A stretch of 42,521 nucleotides of DNA from a virus (taxonomy: Duplodnaviria > Heunggongvirae > Uroviricota > Caudoviricetes), in the IMG/VR virus record IMGVR_UViG_2706794696_000015; one strand, 5' to 3'. Position 1 is the stretch's first letter; every line of letters starts with the position of its first letter. Positions 26,534 to 40,189 of this stretch are shown here, one piece after another. The notes beneath the pieces are model-generated. The model did no database searches and was not told the origin of the DNA. It saw only the letters and a program-made list of their open reading frames with translations. The position numbers were made by a program, and so were the translations under genes.

Positions 26534-29500
26534 TTTGGGGATTGATGCGGCAGAGTTTAAAAATGAAATTCCCCGTATCAAAAACCTTCTGAATGGTGCA
26601 GCCAGCGATGCAGAACGGTCTTCTGCCCGTATGCAGCGTTTTATGGAGCGTCAGACTCAGGCCGCCCGGCAGACAACGCAGGCGGCTTCTTCGGCTGCAA
26701 CAGCCGCATCCGTCCATGCGCAGACGGTGGAGAAGAACGCACAGGCTCATGAACGCATGTCCCGCGAGGTGGAGAAAACCCGCCAGCGCATGGAGGCACT
26801 GAGCCAGAAAATGCGCGAGGAACAGGCGCAGGCCATGGCTCTGGCGGAGGCTCAGGATAAAGCGGCTGCTGCGTTTTATCGTCAGATTGACAGTGTGAAA
26901 CAGGCCAGTGCGGGGCTGCAGGAATTACAGCGTATTCAGCAGCAGATCCGACAGGCCAGAAACAGTGGCGGGATTGGTCAGCAGGATTATCTGGCGCTGA
27001 TTTCTGAGGTTACGGCGAAAACCCGTGTTCTTACACAGGCTGAGGAAGAGGCTACCCGACAGAAAGTGGCGTTTATCCGTCAGCTTAAAGAGCAGGCAAC
27101 CCGCCAGAATCTTTCATCTTCTGAGTTGCTTCGTGCTAAGGCTGCCCAGCTGGGGGTAAGCAGTGCTGCAGAAGTGTATATCCGCAAAATGGAGCAGGCA
27201 GGAAAAGCCACGCATTCGCTGGGTCTGAAAAGTGCAGCAGCCCGCCAGGAGATAGGCGTTCTGATAGGTGAACTGGCCCGCGGCAATTTAGGGGCGCTGA
27301 GGGGGTCCGGAATAACGCTGGCTAACCGTGCCGGATGGATAGACACACTGATGTCACCGAAAGGCATGATGCTGGGCGGGGTTATTGGCGGTATTGCCGC
27401 GGCTGTCTATGGTCTGGGTAAAGCCTGGTATGACGGTCAGAAGGAGGGGGAAGAATTTAACCGCCAGTTGTCGCTGACGGGGCATTATGCCGGAGTCACT
27501 GCCGGGCAGCTGTGGACGCTCAGTCGTGCTATTTCCGGGAATGGTATTACGCAACATGCTGCAGCCGGTGCGCTGGCTCAGGTGGTGGGGAGTGGTGCAT
27601 TTCGTGGAAACGATATCGGTATGGTGGCGAGAGCTGCCGCACAGATGGAGCGATCGGTTGGCCAGTCGGTCAGCGATACCATAAATCAGTTTAAGCGGCT
27701 GAAGGATGATCCTGTAAATGCCGCGAAGGCTCTGGACAATGAGCTGCATTTTCTTACTGCCACTCAGCTTGAGCAGATACGCGTCCTTGGGGAACAGGGG
27801 CGGTCCAGTGATGCGGCACGGATAGCCATGTCTGCACTGGCAGAGGAAACCGGTCGGCGTACTGCGGATATTGATAATAACCTCAATGCGCTGGGCAGTA
27901 CGCTGAAGTATCTGTCTGATTTATGGAGTCGTTTCTGGGATGCGGCCATGAATATTGGTCGTGAAGACTCGCTGGATGAACAGATTTCCGCTTTACAGGA
28001 GAAAGTGTCGCGGGCGAAAAGACTCCCCTGGACGGCATCATCTTCTCAGGTTGAGTACGATCAGCAGCGTCTTAACGAGCTTCAGGAGAAAAAACGCCAG
28101 AAGGATTTGCAGGATGCAAAAGAGCAGGCAGAGCGGAATTATCAGGAGCAACAGAAACGCCGTAATGCTGAAAATGCTGCACTGAACCGGATGAATGAAA
28201 CGGAAGCAGCACGACATCAGCGTGAAATTGCGCGTATTAATTCCATGCAGTACGCCGATCAGGCTGTCAGGGATGCGGCGATACAACGTGAAAATGAACG
28301 TTACGAGAAAGCCCTGGCATCCGGTAAGAAAAAAACACGCGAACCCCGTAATGATGAGGCCACCCGGTTATTGCTGCAGTACAGTCAGCAACAGGCACAG
28401 GTGGAAGGACAGATTGCTGCTGCCAGACAGTCAGCAGGCATTGCCACGGAAAGGATGACAGAAGCGCATAAACAGCTTCTGGCTCTGCAGCAGCGCATCA
28501 GCGACCTGGACGGGAAAAAACTGACGGCAGATGAAAAGAGTGTGCTGGCCCGTAAAGATGAACTGATTCAGGCACTGACGCTGCTGGATGTAAAACAGCA
28601 GGAGCTTCAGAAACAGACGGCACTCAACGAGCTGAAGAAAAAAACAATTCAGCTGACCAGTCAACTGGCTGAAGAAGAGCGCGCTCAGCGTCAGCAACAT
28701 GACCTGGATATCGCCACGGTGGGTATGGGTGATCAGCAGCGGCAGCGATATCAGGTACAACTGAGTCTTCGCCAGAAATACCAGCAACAGCTGGAGCAGT
28801 TGAGGCGGGATAGTGAGCAGAAAGGAACATATAACACGGATGACTACAGAAAGGCCGAGCAGGCGCTGACGGAGAGCCTGAACCGACAACTGAATGAGAA
28901 TCGCCGTTACTGGCAACAGCTTGAAGTTGTGCAGGGTAACTGGAAAAACGGAGTCCTGCGTGCATTTCAGGATTTTACCGTGGATGCAGATAATACGGCA
29001 GGAACAGCAGAACAGGTGTTCTCGTCAGCCTTCAGCAACATGGGAAATGGCCTGGCAACTTTTGTCACTACCGGCAAACTCAATTTCAAATCCTTCACCT
29101 CTTCTGTGCTGTCAGATATGGCGAAAATCCTGGCGCAGGCAACCATGATGAAATCGATAAAAGGGATTGGCAGTGTACTGGGATTTGATCTCAGCAGCCT
29201 TTCCCTGAATGCCAATGGGGGGATTTATCAGTCTGCTGATTTGAGTCGTTACAGTGGCACGGTGGTTAACCGTCCGACGTTTTTTGCTTTTGCAAAAGGC
29301 GCGGGTGTGATGGGGGAAGCGGGACCTGAAGCCATTCTGCCACTGCGTCGTGGTGCTGACGGTAAGCTGGGGGTTGTGGCGGATATTGGTGGTTCAGGTA
29401 TGGCGATGTTTGCCCCGCAGTACAACATCGAGATCAATAACGATGGCACGAACGGGCAGATAGGTCCGGCTGCCCTGAAGGTGGTTTATGACCTTGGGAA

Positions 29501-29570
29501 AAAAGCGGCAGCGGACTTTATGCAACAGCAGGCCCGTGATGGTGGTCGGTTAAGTGGAGCATATCGGTAA
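26505..29570 (+). CDS. Tail tape measure protein (gpH-like)
   Basis: 1021 aa, coiled-coil-rich; GGAGGTG RBS; N-terminus resembles lambda H. Confidence 0.9.
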   Translation: MDQIANLVIDLGIDAAEFKNEIPRIKNLLNGAASDAERSSARMQRFMERQTQAARQTTQAASSAATAASVHAQTVEKNAQAHERMSREVEKTRQRMEALSQKMREEQAQAMALAEAQDKAAAAFYRQIDSVKQASAGLQELQRIQQQIRQARNSGGIGQQDYLALISEVTAKTRVLTQAEEEATRQKVAFIRQLKEQATRQNLSSSELLRAKAAQLGVSSAAEVYIRKMEQAGKATHSLGLKSAAARQEIGVLIGELARGNLGALRGSGITLANRAGWIDTLMSPKGMMLGGVIGGIAAAVYGLGKAWYDGQKEGEEFNRQLSLTGHYAGVTAGQLWTLSRAISGNGITQHAAAGALAQVVGSGAFRGNDIGMVARAAAQMERSVGQSVSDTINQFKRLKDDPVNAAKALDNELHFLTATQLEQIRVLGEQGRSSDAARIAMSALAEETGRRTADIDNNLNALGSTLKYLSDLWSRFWDAAMNIGREDSLDEQISALQEKVSRAKRLPWTASSSQVEYDQQRLNELQEKKRQKDLQDAKEQAERNYQEQQKRRNAENAALNRMNETEAARHQREIARINSMQYADQAVRDAAIQRENERYEKALASGKKKTREPRNDEATRLLLQYSQQQAQVEGQIAAARQSAGIATERMTEAHKQLLALQQRISDLDGKKLTADEKSVLARKDELIQALTLLDVKQQELQKQTALNELKKKTIQLTSQLAEEERAQRQQHDLDIATVGMGDQQRQRYQVQLSLRQKYQQQLEQLRRDSEQKGTYNTDDYRKAEQALTESLNRQLNENRRYWQQLEVVQGNWKNGVLRAFQDFTVDADNTAGTAEQVFSSAFSNMGNGLATFVTTGKLNFKSFTSSVLSDMAKILAQATMMKSIKGIGSVLGFDLSSLSLNANGGIYQSADLSRYSGTVVNRPTFFAFAKGAGVMGEAGPEAILPLRRGADGKLGVVADIGGSGMAMFAPQYNIEINNDGTNGQIGPAALKVVYDLGKKAAADFMQQQARDGGRLSGAYR

Positions 29571-29899
29571 TGGAGACGTTTCACTGGAAAGTGCGCCCGG
29601 ATATGAATGTGGTATCAGAGCCGAAAGTGGTGACAGTGAAGCTGGGCGATGGTTATGAACAGCGTCGTGCGGCGGGACTGAATAACCAGTTGTCGACTTA
29701 CAGCGTGACGATACGTGTTCGTAAATGTGAACACCCATCTTTAAAAGCCTTTCTGGAACGGCACGGTGGCGTCCGCGCATTTCAGTGGACGCCACCTTAT
29801 GACTGGAAGCCGATCAGGGTGGTTTGTCGTAAATGGTCGGCAAGCGTGGGGGCGTTGTGGGTAACCATAACGGCAGATTTTGAACAGGTCGTGGCATAG
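29570..29899 (+). CDS. Minor tail protein M
   Basis: 109 aa, TAATG overlap with H, lambda M-like. Confidence 0.85.
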   Translation: METFHWKVRPDMNVVSEPKVVTVKLGDGYEQRRAAGLNNQLSTYSVTIRVRKCEHPSLKAFLERHGGVRAFQWTPPYDWKPIRVVCRKWSASVGALWVTITADFEQVVA

Positions 29900-29908
29900 G
29901 AGTCTCTG

Positions 29909-30607
29909 ATGCAGGATATTCCACAGGAAACACATCATGAGACGACACGCCTCACTCAGTCAGCCCAGGTGGTGCTCTGGGAAATCGATCTGACAGAGGT
30001 CGGTGGAGAACGTTATTTTTTCTGTAATGAGCAGAACGAAAAAGGTGAGCCGGTCACCTGGCAGGGGCGACAGTATCAGGCGTATCCCATTCAGGGGACG
30101 GGATTTGAACTGAACGGCAAGGGCAGTGCTGCCCGTCCGACACTGACGGTTTCTAACCTGCACGGCATGGTCACCGGGATGGCGGAAGATCTGCAGAGTC
30201 TGGTCGGCGGAACGGTGGTCCGGCGTAAGGTTTACGCCCGTTTTCTGGATGCGGTGAACTTCGTCAACGGAAACAGTGACGCCGATCCGGAGCAGGAGGT
30301 GATCAGCCGCTGGCGCATCGAGCAGTGCAGCGAACTGAGCGCGGTGAGTGCCTCTTTTGTACTGTCCACGCCGACGGAAACGGACGGTGCCGTTTTTCCG
30401 GGACGTATCATGCTGGCCAACACCTGCACCTGGACCTATCGCGGCGATGAGTGCGGTTATCACGGTCCGGCGGTCGCGGATGAATATGATCAGCCGACGT
30501 CCGATATCACGAAGGATAAATGCAGCAAATGCCTGAGCGGCTGTAAGTTTCGCAATAACGTCGGCAACTTTGGCGGCTTCCTTTCCATTAACAAACTTTC
30601 GCAGTAA
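29909..30607 (+). CDS. Minor tail protein L
   Basis: 232 aa, near-identical to lambda L (VVLWEIDLTEVGGERYFFCNEQNEKGEPVTWQGRQYQ). Confidence 0.9.
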   Translation: MQDIPQETHHETTRLTQSAQVVLWEIDLTEVGGERYFFCNEQNEKGEPVTWQGRQYQAYPIQGTGFELNGKGSAARPTLTVSNLHGMVTGMAEDLQSLVGGTVVRRKVYARFLDAVNFVNGNSDADPEQEVISRWRIEQCSELSAVSASFVLSTPTETDGAVFPGRIMLANTCTWTYRGDECGYHGPAVADEYDQPTSDITKDKCSKCLSGCKFRNNVGNFGGFLSINKLSQ

Positions 30608-30612
30608 ATCCC

Positions 30613-31356
30613 ATGACAGAGACAGAATCAGCGATTCTGGCGCACGCCCGGCGATGTGCGCCAGCGGAGTCGTGCGGCTTCGTGGTGAGAACACCGGAGG
30701 GGGAAAGATATTTTCCCTGCGTGAATATCTCCGGTGAGCCGGAGGAGTATTTCCGGATGTCGCCGGAGGACTGGCTGCGGGCAGAGATGCAGGGTGAGAT
30801 TGTGGCGCTGGTCCACAGCCACCCCGGTGGTCTGCCCTGGCTGAGTGAGGCCGACCGGCGGCTGCAGGTGCAGAGTGATTTGCCGTGGTGGCTGGTCTGC
30901 CGGGGGGCGATTCACAAGTTCCGCTGTGTGCCACATCTTACCGGGCGGCGCTTTGAGCACGGGGTGACGGACTGTTACACGCTGTTCCGGGATGCTTACC
31001 ATCTGGCGGGGATTGAGATGCCGGATTTTCATCGCGGGGATGACTGGTGGCGTCACGGTCAGAATCTCTATCTGGATAATCTGGAGGCTACAGGGCTGTA
31101 TCAGGTGCCGTTGTCAGCGGCGCAGCCGGGCGATGTGCTGCTGTGCTGTTTTGGTTCATCGGTGCCGAATCATGCCGCCATTTACTGTGGTGACGGCGAG
31201 CTGCTGCACCATATTCCTGAACAACTGAGTAAACGAGAGAGGTACACCGACAAATGGCAGCGACGCACACACTCCCTCTGGCGTCACCGGGCATGGCACG
31301 CATCTGCCTTTACGGGGATTTACAACGATTTGGCCGCCGCATCGACCTTCGAGTGA
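30613..31356 (+). CDS. Tail tip assembly protein K (MPN/JAB + NlpC/P60)
   Basis: HSHPGG metalloprotease-type motif and C-terminal NlpC-like region; lambda K-like. Confidence 0.9.
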   Translation: MTETESAILAHARRCAPAESCGFVVRTPEGERYFPCVNISGEPEEYFRMSPEDWLRAEMQGEIVALVHSHPGGLPWLSEADRRLQVQSDLPWWLVCRGAIHKFRCVPHLTGRRFEHGVTDCYTLFRDAYHLAGIEMPDFHRGDDWWRHGQNLYLDNLEATGLYQVPLSAAQPGDVLLCCFGSSVPNHAAIYCGDGELLHHIPEQLSKRERYTDKWQRRTHSLWRHRAWHASAFTGIYNDLAAASTFE

Positions 31357-31901
31357 AAACGGGGTCCGAAGCCATCCGGGCGCTGGCCATGCAGATCCCG
31401 GCGTTTCGTCAGAAACTGAATGAGGGCTGGTATCAGGTGCGCATTGCCGGGCGTGATGCAGGCGAAAATGAATTATCTGCCCGTCTTAATGAGCCGCTGG
31501 CAAATGGTGCCGTGATCCACATCGTGCCGCGTCTGGCGGGAGCTAAAAGTGGCGGTGTGTTTCAGGTGGTGCTTGGGGCGGCGCTGATTGCGGTGGCATG
31601 GTGGAACCCTGTGGGCTGGCTGGGGGCCGCGGCTGTATCGGGCATGTATGCGGCAGGGGCCAGTATGATCCTGGGCGGAGTGGCGCAGATGCTGGCACCG
31701 AAAGCCAGGACGCCCACGGCAGCCAGTACAGATAACGGCAAACAGAACACCTATTTCTCCTCACTGGATAACATGGTTGCCCAGGGCAATGTTCTGCCTG
31801 TTCTGTACGGTGAAATGCGCGTGGGGTCACGTGTGGTTTCTCAGGAGATCAGCACGGCAGACGAAGGGGATGGTGGTCAGGTTGTGGTGATTGGTCGCTG
31901 A
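31254..31901 (+). CDS. Tail assembly protein I (start uncertain)
   Basis: Lambda I-like sequence overlapping the end of K. Confidence 0.8.
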   Translation: MAATHTLPLASPGMARICLYGDLQRFGRRIDLRVKTGSEAIRALAMQIPAFRQKLNEGWYQVRIAGRDAGENELSARLNEPLANGAVIHIVPRLAGAKSGGVFQVVLGAALIAVAWWNPVGWLGAAAVSGMYAAGASMILGGVAQMLAPKARTPTAASTDNGKQNTYFSSLDNMVAQGNVLPVLYGEMRVGSRVVSQEISTADEGDGGQVVVIGR

Positions 31902-31920
31902 TGCAAAATGTTTTATGTGA

Positions 31921-31945
31921 AACCGCCTCCGGGCGGTTTTGTCGT
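31921..31945 (+). terminator. Hairpin between I and J (possible attenuator)
   Basis: AACCGCC-TCCG-GGCGGTT followed by TTTTGTCGTTT. Confidence 0.4.
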
Positions 31946-31961
31946 TTATGGAGCGTGAGGA

Positions 31962-35054
<3,093 letters not shown>

Positions 35055-35353
35055 NNNNNNNNNNNNNNNNNNNNNNNNNNNNNNNNNNNNNNNNNNNNNN
35101 NNNNNNNNNNNNNNNNNNNNNNNNNNNNNNNNNNNNNNNNNNNNNNNNNNNNNNNNNNNNNNNNNNNNNNNNNNNNNNNNNNNNNNNNNNNNNNNNNNNN
35201 NNNNNNNNNNNNNNNNNNNNNNNNNNNNNNNNNNNNNNNNNNNNNNNNNNNNNNNNNNNNNNNNNNNNNNNNNNNNNNNNNNNNNNNNNNNNNNNNNNNN
35301 NNNNNNNNNNNNNNNNNNNNNNNNNNNNNNNNNNNNNNNNNNNNNNNNNNNNN
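35055..35353. other. Assembly gap (299 N) covering the J 3' end
   Basis: Run of N. Confidence 1.
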
Positions 35354-35382
35354 TCGTTGAAATATTTATAACCCCAATAAAG

Positions 35383-35406
35383 GGCGTCAGGAATGACGCC
35401 TTTTTT
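35383..35406 (+). terminator. Rho-independent terminator after J
   Basis: GGCGTCA-GGAA-TGACGCC plus TTTTTT. Confidence 0.65.
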
Positions 35407-35430
35407 ATTGCAGAAAAGCGAGAGGTAATT

Positions 35431-36030
35431 ATGCGTAAAGTTTGTGCAGCAATTTTGTCCGCAGCCATTTGTCTGGCCGTATCCGGTGCGCCTGCATGGG
35501 CGTCTGAACATCAGTCCACGCTGAGCGCGGGGTATCTTCATGCCTCGACGAACGTCCCCGGCAGTGATGATCTGAACGGGATTAACGTGAAATACCGTTA
35601 TGAGTTTACGGACACACTGGGGCTGGTGACGTCATTCAGCTATGCAGGAGACAAGAATCGCCAGCTGACCCGTTACAGCGATACCCGCTGGCATGAAGAT
35701 TCCGTTCGTAACCGCTGGTTCAGCGTAATGGCGGGGCCGTCTGTGCGCGTGAATGAATGGTTCAGCGCGTATGCGATGGCGGGTGTGGCTTACAGCCGTG
35801 TGTCGACTTTCTCCGGGGATTATCTTCGCGTAACTGACAACAAGGGGAAAACGCACGATGTGCTGACCGGAAGTGATGACGGTCGCCACAGCAACACGTC
35901 TCTGGCGTGGGGAGCTGGCGTGCAGTTTAACCCGACCGAATCCGTGGCCATTGATATTGCTTATGAAGGCTCCGGCAGTGGCGACTGGCGCACTGACGGT
36001 TTCATCGTGGGTGTCGGTTATAAATTCTGA
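35431..36030 (+). CDS. lom: Lom outer-membrane beta-barrel protein (Ail/Lom/PagC family)
   Basis: 199 aa with signal peptide; near-identical to lambda Lom; ends in GYKF. Confidence 0.9.
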   Translation: MRKVCAAILSAAICLAVSGAPAWASEHQSTLSAGYLHASTNVPGSDDLNGINVKYRYEFTDTLGLVTSFSYAGDKNRQLTRYSDTRWHEDSVRNRWFSVMAGPSVRVNEWFSAYAMAGVAYSRVSTFSGDYLRVTDNKGKTHDVLTGSDDGRHSNTSLAWGAGVQFNPTESVAIDIAYEGSGSGDWRTDGFIVGVGYKF

Positions 36031-36057
36031 TTAGCCAGGTAACACAGTGTTATGACA

Positions 36058-36083
36058 GCCCGCCGGTTCAGGCGGGCTTTTTT
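36058..36083 (+). terminator. Rho-independent terminator after lom
   Basis: GCCCGCC-GGTTCA-GGCGGGC plus TTTTTT. Confidence 0.7.
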
Positions 36084-36094
36084 GTGGGGTGAAT

Positions 36095-39000
36095 ATGGCA
36101 GTAAAGATTTCAGGTGTACTGAAAGACGGCACAGGAAAACCGGTACAGAACTGCACAATCCAGCTGAAAGCAAAACGTAACAGCACCACGGTGGTGGTGA
36201 ACACGCTGGCCTCAGAAAATCCGGATGAAGCCGGGCGTTACAGCATGGACGTTGAGTACGGTCAGTACAGCGTTATTCTGTTGGTGGAAGGATTCCCGCC
36301 GTCACATGCCGGGACCATCACCGTGTATGAAGATTCCCGACCCGGTACGCTGAATGATTTTCTCGGTGCCATGACGGAGGATGATGCCCGTCCTGAGGCA
36401 CTGCGCCGCTTTGAACTGATGGTGGAAGAGGTGGCGCGTAACGCGTCCGCGGTGGCACAGAACACGGCAGCCGCGAAGAAATCAGCCAGCGATGCCAGCA
36501 CATCAGCCCGTGAGGCGGCAACCCGTGCGACTGATGCTGCAGGCTCAGCACGAGCAGCCAGCACGTCAGCCGGACAGGCCGCTTCGTCGGCTCAGTCTGC
36601 GTCTTCCAGCGCAGGAACGGCATCAGCAAAGGCCACTGAAGCATCAAAAAGTGCTGCCGCTGCAGAGTCCTCAAAAAGCGCGGCGGCCACCAGTGCCGGT
36701 GCGGCGAAAACGTCAGAAACGAATGCGGCAGCGTCACAACAATCAGCTGCCACTTCTGCATCCACCGCGACCACGAAAGCGTCAGAAGCAGCCACCTCAG
36801 CCAGAGATGCGTCGGCTTCAAAAGAGGCGGCAAAATTATCAGAAACGAGCGCAGCTTCGAGCGCCAGTAATGCCGCTTCCTCGGCAACGGCGGCAGGAAA
36901 TTCCGCGAAGGCGGCAAAGACGTCTGAGACAAACGCTAAGTCCTCTGAAACGGCAGCAGCACAGAGTGCCTCCGCAGCAGCAGGCTCAAAAACAGCGGCT
37001 GCGTCGTCTGCCAGTGCAGCGTCAACAAGTGCCGGGCAGGCCTCAGCCAGTGCTAGCGCCGCCGGAAAATCGGCAGAAAGCGCCGCATCGTCCGCTTCAA
37101 CAGCCACAACGAAGGCTGGCGAAGCCACTGAACAGGCCAGTGCAGCAGCGAGGTCTGCTTCCGCAGCGAAGACATCGGAGACGAACGCGAAAGCGTCGGA
37201 GACCAGCGCAGAATCCTCAAAAACGGCTGCCGCATCGTCCGCCAGTTCGGCGGCGTCATCGGCATCATCGGCGTCTGCTTCAAAAGATGAGGCGACCAGA
37301 CAAGCGTCCGCAGCGAAGGGCAGCGCCACGACAGCATCCACGAAGGCGACAGAGGCTGCTGGCAGTGCGACGGCGGCAGCACAGAGCAAAAGTACGGCGG
37401 AATCCGCGGCAACGCGCGCCGAGACAGCGGCAAAACGTGCAGAGGATATTGCATCCGCCGTGGCGCTTGAGGATGCGAGCACGACGAAAAAGGGGATAGT
37501 ACAGCTCAGTAGTGCGACTAATAGCACGTCTGAAACGCTGGCGGCAACGCCAAAGGCAGTAAAAGCAGCCAATGACAATGCTGAGAAACGTCTGCAGAAA
37601 GACCAGAACGGCGCTGATATACCCGATAAGGGACGCTTCCTGAACAACATTAACGCGGTCAGTAAAACAGACTTTGCTGATAAGCGTGGTATGCGTTATG
37701 TGCGGGTTAACGCTCCTGCAGGTGCAACATCTGGAAAATATTACCCTGTTGTTGTTATGCGTTCTGCTGGCTCAGTAAGCGAACTGGCATCAAGGGTCAT
37801 TATCACCACGGCAACGCGAATCGCAGGCGATCCGATGAATAACTGCGAGTTTAACGGATTTGTTATGCCTGGTGGCTGGACTGACAGGGGGCGTTATGCT
37901 TATGGAATGTTCTGGCAATATCAAAACAATGAACGAGCCATCCACTCAATAATGATGAGTAATAAGGGCGATGATTTGCGCTCTGTGTTCTATGTTGATG
38001 GCGCTGCTTTCCCTGTTTTTGCGTTTCTCGAAGATGGCCTGTCAATATCCGCACCTGGTGCTGATCTCGTTGTTAATGATACGACCTATAAGTTTGGGGC
38101 AACAAATCCGGCGACTGAATGTATCGCGGCGGACGTTATCCTTGATTTTAAGAGTGGGCGTGGTTTTTATGAGTCTCATTCGTTAATCGTTAACGATAAC
38201 TTGTCGTGCAAAAAACTTTTTGCCACAGACGAAATTGTAGCGCGTGGTGGTAATCAGATTCGAATGATAGGTGGGGAGTATGGTGCATTATGGCGTAATG
38301 ATGGCGCTAAAACTTACCTGCTGCTTACCAATCAAGGTGATGTTTATGGTGGCTGGAATACATTAAGACCGTTTGTTATTGATAACGCAACCGGCGAACT
38401 GGTTATTGGAACCAAACTGTCTGCAAGTCTGAACGGTAACGCATTGACAGCAACAAAGCTGCAAACGCCAAGACTGGTTTCTGGTGTTGAGTTTGATGGT
38501 TCCAAAGATATTACTTTAACCGCCGCGCATGTGGCTGCTTTTGCCAGAAGGGCAACGGATACATATGCCGATGCGGATGGTGGCGTTCCATGGAATGCCG
38601 AATCAGGCGCTTACAATGTCACCCGCTCTGGCAACAGCTATATTCTGGTTAACTTCTATACCGGAGTCGGAAGTTGCCGGACCTTGCAGATGAAGGCGCA
38701 TTACAGAAATGGTGGTCTGTTCTACCGTTCTTCAAGAGACGGTTATGGTTTTGAGGAAGACTGGGCAGAAGTTTATACCTCGAAAAATCTTCCACCAGAA
38801 AGCTACCCAGTCGGTGCACCAATCCCGTGGCCATCAGATACCGTTCCGTCTGGTTATGCCCTGATGCAGGGACAGACTTTTGACAAATCTGCTTACCCGA
38901 AACTTGCAGCCGTTTATCCGTCAGGTGTGATCCCTGATATGCGTGGCTGGACGATTAAGGGCAAACCTGCCAGTGGTCGGGCCGTATTGTCTCAGGAACA

Positions 39001-39493
39001 GGACGGCATTAAATCGCATACCCACAGCGCCAGCGCATCCAGTACGGATTTGGGGACGAAAACCACATCGTCGTTTGATTACGGCACTAAATCCACGAAT
39101 AACACTGGTGCGCATACCCATAGTTTAAGTGGCAGCACGAATGCAGCTGGTAATCACAGCCATAGAGATGGCCGTCGATTTAACCCCAGTGTTTTTAAAG
39201 ATACTTATCAATATGGTTATACAAGCTCAGGTCAAAATACCTGGGGTGTACAAGGCTCAGTAGGTATGTCTACGGGGTGGTTAGCGAATACCAGTATAGA
39301 TGGTAATCATAGCCATTCACTGTCCGGCACAGCAGCATCTGCAGGTGCACACGCGCATACTGTCGGTATTGGTGCTCATACGCACTCCGTTGCGATTGGT
39401 TCACATGGACATACCATCACCGTTAACGCTGCGGGTAACGCGGAAAACACCGTCAAAAACATCGCATTTAACTATATTGTGAGGCTTGCATAA
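36095..39493 (+). CDS. stf: Side tail fibre protein Stf, mosaic with an extra internal domain
   Basis: Lambda Stf-like N-terminus ([26 protein letters not shown]), Ala/Ser-rich repeats, AT-richer inserted domain, lambda-type His-rich C-terminus. Confidence 0.9.
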   Translation: MAVKISGVLKDGTGKPVQNCTIQLKAKRNSTTVVVNTLASENPDEAGRYSMDVEYGQYSVILLVEGFPPSHAGTITVYEDSRPGTLNDFLGAMTEDDARPEALRRFELMVEEVARNASAVAQNTAAAKKSASDASTSAREAATRATDAAGSARAASTSAGQAASSAQSASSSAGTASAKATEASKSAAAAESSKSAAATSAGAAKTSETNAAASQQSAATSASTATTKASEAATSARDASASKEAAKLSETSAASSASNAASSATAAGNSAKAAKTSETNAKSSETAAAQSASAAAGSKTAAASSASAASTSAGQASASASAAGKSAESAASSASTATTKAGEATEQASAAARSASAAKTSETNAKASETSAESSKTAAASSASSAASSASSASASKDEATRQASAAKGSATTASTKATEAAGSATAAAQSKSTAESAATRAETAAKRAEDIASAVALEDASTTKKGIVQLSSATNSTSETLAATPKAVKAANDNAEKRLQKDQNGADIPDKGRFLNNINAVSKTDFADKRGMRYVRVNAPAGATSGKYYPVVVMRSAGSVSELASRVIITTATRIAGDPMNNCEFNGFVMPGGWTDRGRYAYGMFWQYQNNERAIHSIMMSNKGDDLRSVFYVDGAAFPVFAFLEDGLSISAPGADLVVNDTTYKFGATNPATECIAADVILDFKSGRGFYESHSLIVNDNLSCKKLFATDEIVARGGNQIRMIGGEYGALWRNDGAKTYLLLTNQGDVYGGWNTLRPFVIDNATGELVIGTKLSASLNGNALTATKLQTPRLVSGVEFDGSKDITLTAAHVAAFARRATDTYADADGGVPWNAESGAYNVTRSGNSYILVNFYTGVGSCRTLQMKAHYRNGGLFYRSSRDGYGFEEDWAEVYTSKNLPPESYPVGAPIPWPSDTVPSGYALMQGQTFDKSAYPKLAAVYPSGVIPDMRGWTIKGKPASGRAVLSQEQDGIKSHTHSASASSTDLGTKTTSSFDYGTKSTNNTGAHTHSLSGSTNAAGNHSHRDGRRFNPSVFKDTYQYGYTSSGQNTWGVQGSVGMSTGWLANTSIDGNHSHSLSGTAASAGAHAHTVGIGAHTHSVAIGSHGHTITVNAAGNAENTVKNIAFNYIVRLA

Positions 39494-40077
39494 TGGCATT
39501 CAGAATGAGTGAACAACCACGGACCATAAAAATTTATAATCTGCTGACCGGAACTAATGAATTTATTGGTGAAGGTGACGCATATATTCCGCCTCATACA
39601 GGTCTGCCAGCAAACAGTACCTATATTGCACCGCCAGATATTCCGGCTGGCTTTGTGGCTGTTTTCAACAGTGATGAGGCATCGTGGCATCTCGTTGAAG
39701 ACCATCGGGGTAAAACGGTTTATGACGTAGCGTCAGGGGACGCGTTATTTATTTCTGAACTCGGTCCGTTACCGGAAAATGTTACCTGGTTATCCCCGGA
39801 AGGGGAGTTTCAGAAGTGGAACGGCACAGCCTGGGTGAAGGATACGGAAGCAGAAAAACTGTTCCGGATCCGGGAGGCGGAAGAAACAAAAAACAGCCTG
39901 ATGCAGGTAGCCAGTGAGCATATAGCGCCACTTCAGGATGCTGTAGATCTGGAGATCGCAACGGAGGAAGAAAACTCGTTGCTGGAAGCCTGGAAGAAGT
40001 ATCGGGTGTTGCTGAACCGTGTTGATACATCAACTGCACCTGATATTGAGTGGCCTGCGGTCCCTGTTATGGAGTAA
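39493..40077 (+). CDS. tfa: Tail fibre assembly protein Tfa
   Basis: 194 aa, lambda Tfa-like; TAATG overlap with stf. Confidence 0.9.
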   Translation: MAFRMSEQPRTIKIYNLLTGTNEFIGEGDAYIPPHTGLPANSTYIAPPDIPAGFVAVFNSDEASWHLVEDHRGKTVYDVASGDALFISELGPLPENVTWLSPEGEFQKWNGTAWVKDTEAEKLFRIREAEETKNSLMQVASEHIAPLQDAVDLEIATEEENSLLEAWKKYRVLLNRVDTSTAPDIEWPAVPVME

Positions 40078-40091
40078 TCGTTTTGTGATAT

Positions 40092-40125
40092 GCCGCAGCA
40101 ACTTGTCATGGCAGGATACTGCGGC
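40092..40125. terminator. Hairpin between convergent tfa and RT genes
   Basis: GCCGCAG - 20 nt loop - CTGCGGC followed by TGATTTGTGAATTT; the loop contains GGCAGGAT. Confidence 0.35.
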
Positions 40126-40189
40126 TGATTTGTGAATTTAAATAGTGTGTTTATTGCTTTATATATAAAGGATTTAATGGATTACATAT

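Noticed and set aside
29960-30934. 324-aa minus-strand ORF antisense to tail genes L and K
   Set aside because: L and K are near-identical to lambda on the + strand; the antisense product is Pro/Ala/Arg-rich with no start context.
36318-37650. Long alternative-frame and antisense ORFs inside the stf repeat region (36592-37650 minus, 36492-37499 plus, 36318-36932 minus)
   Set aside because: Low-complexity translations (poly-Ala/Asp or Arg/Gln/Pro-rich) created by the GC-rich repetitive coding sequence of Stf.
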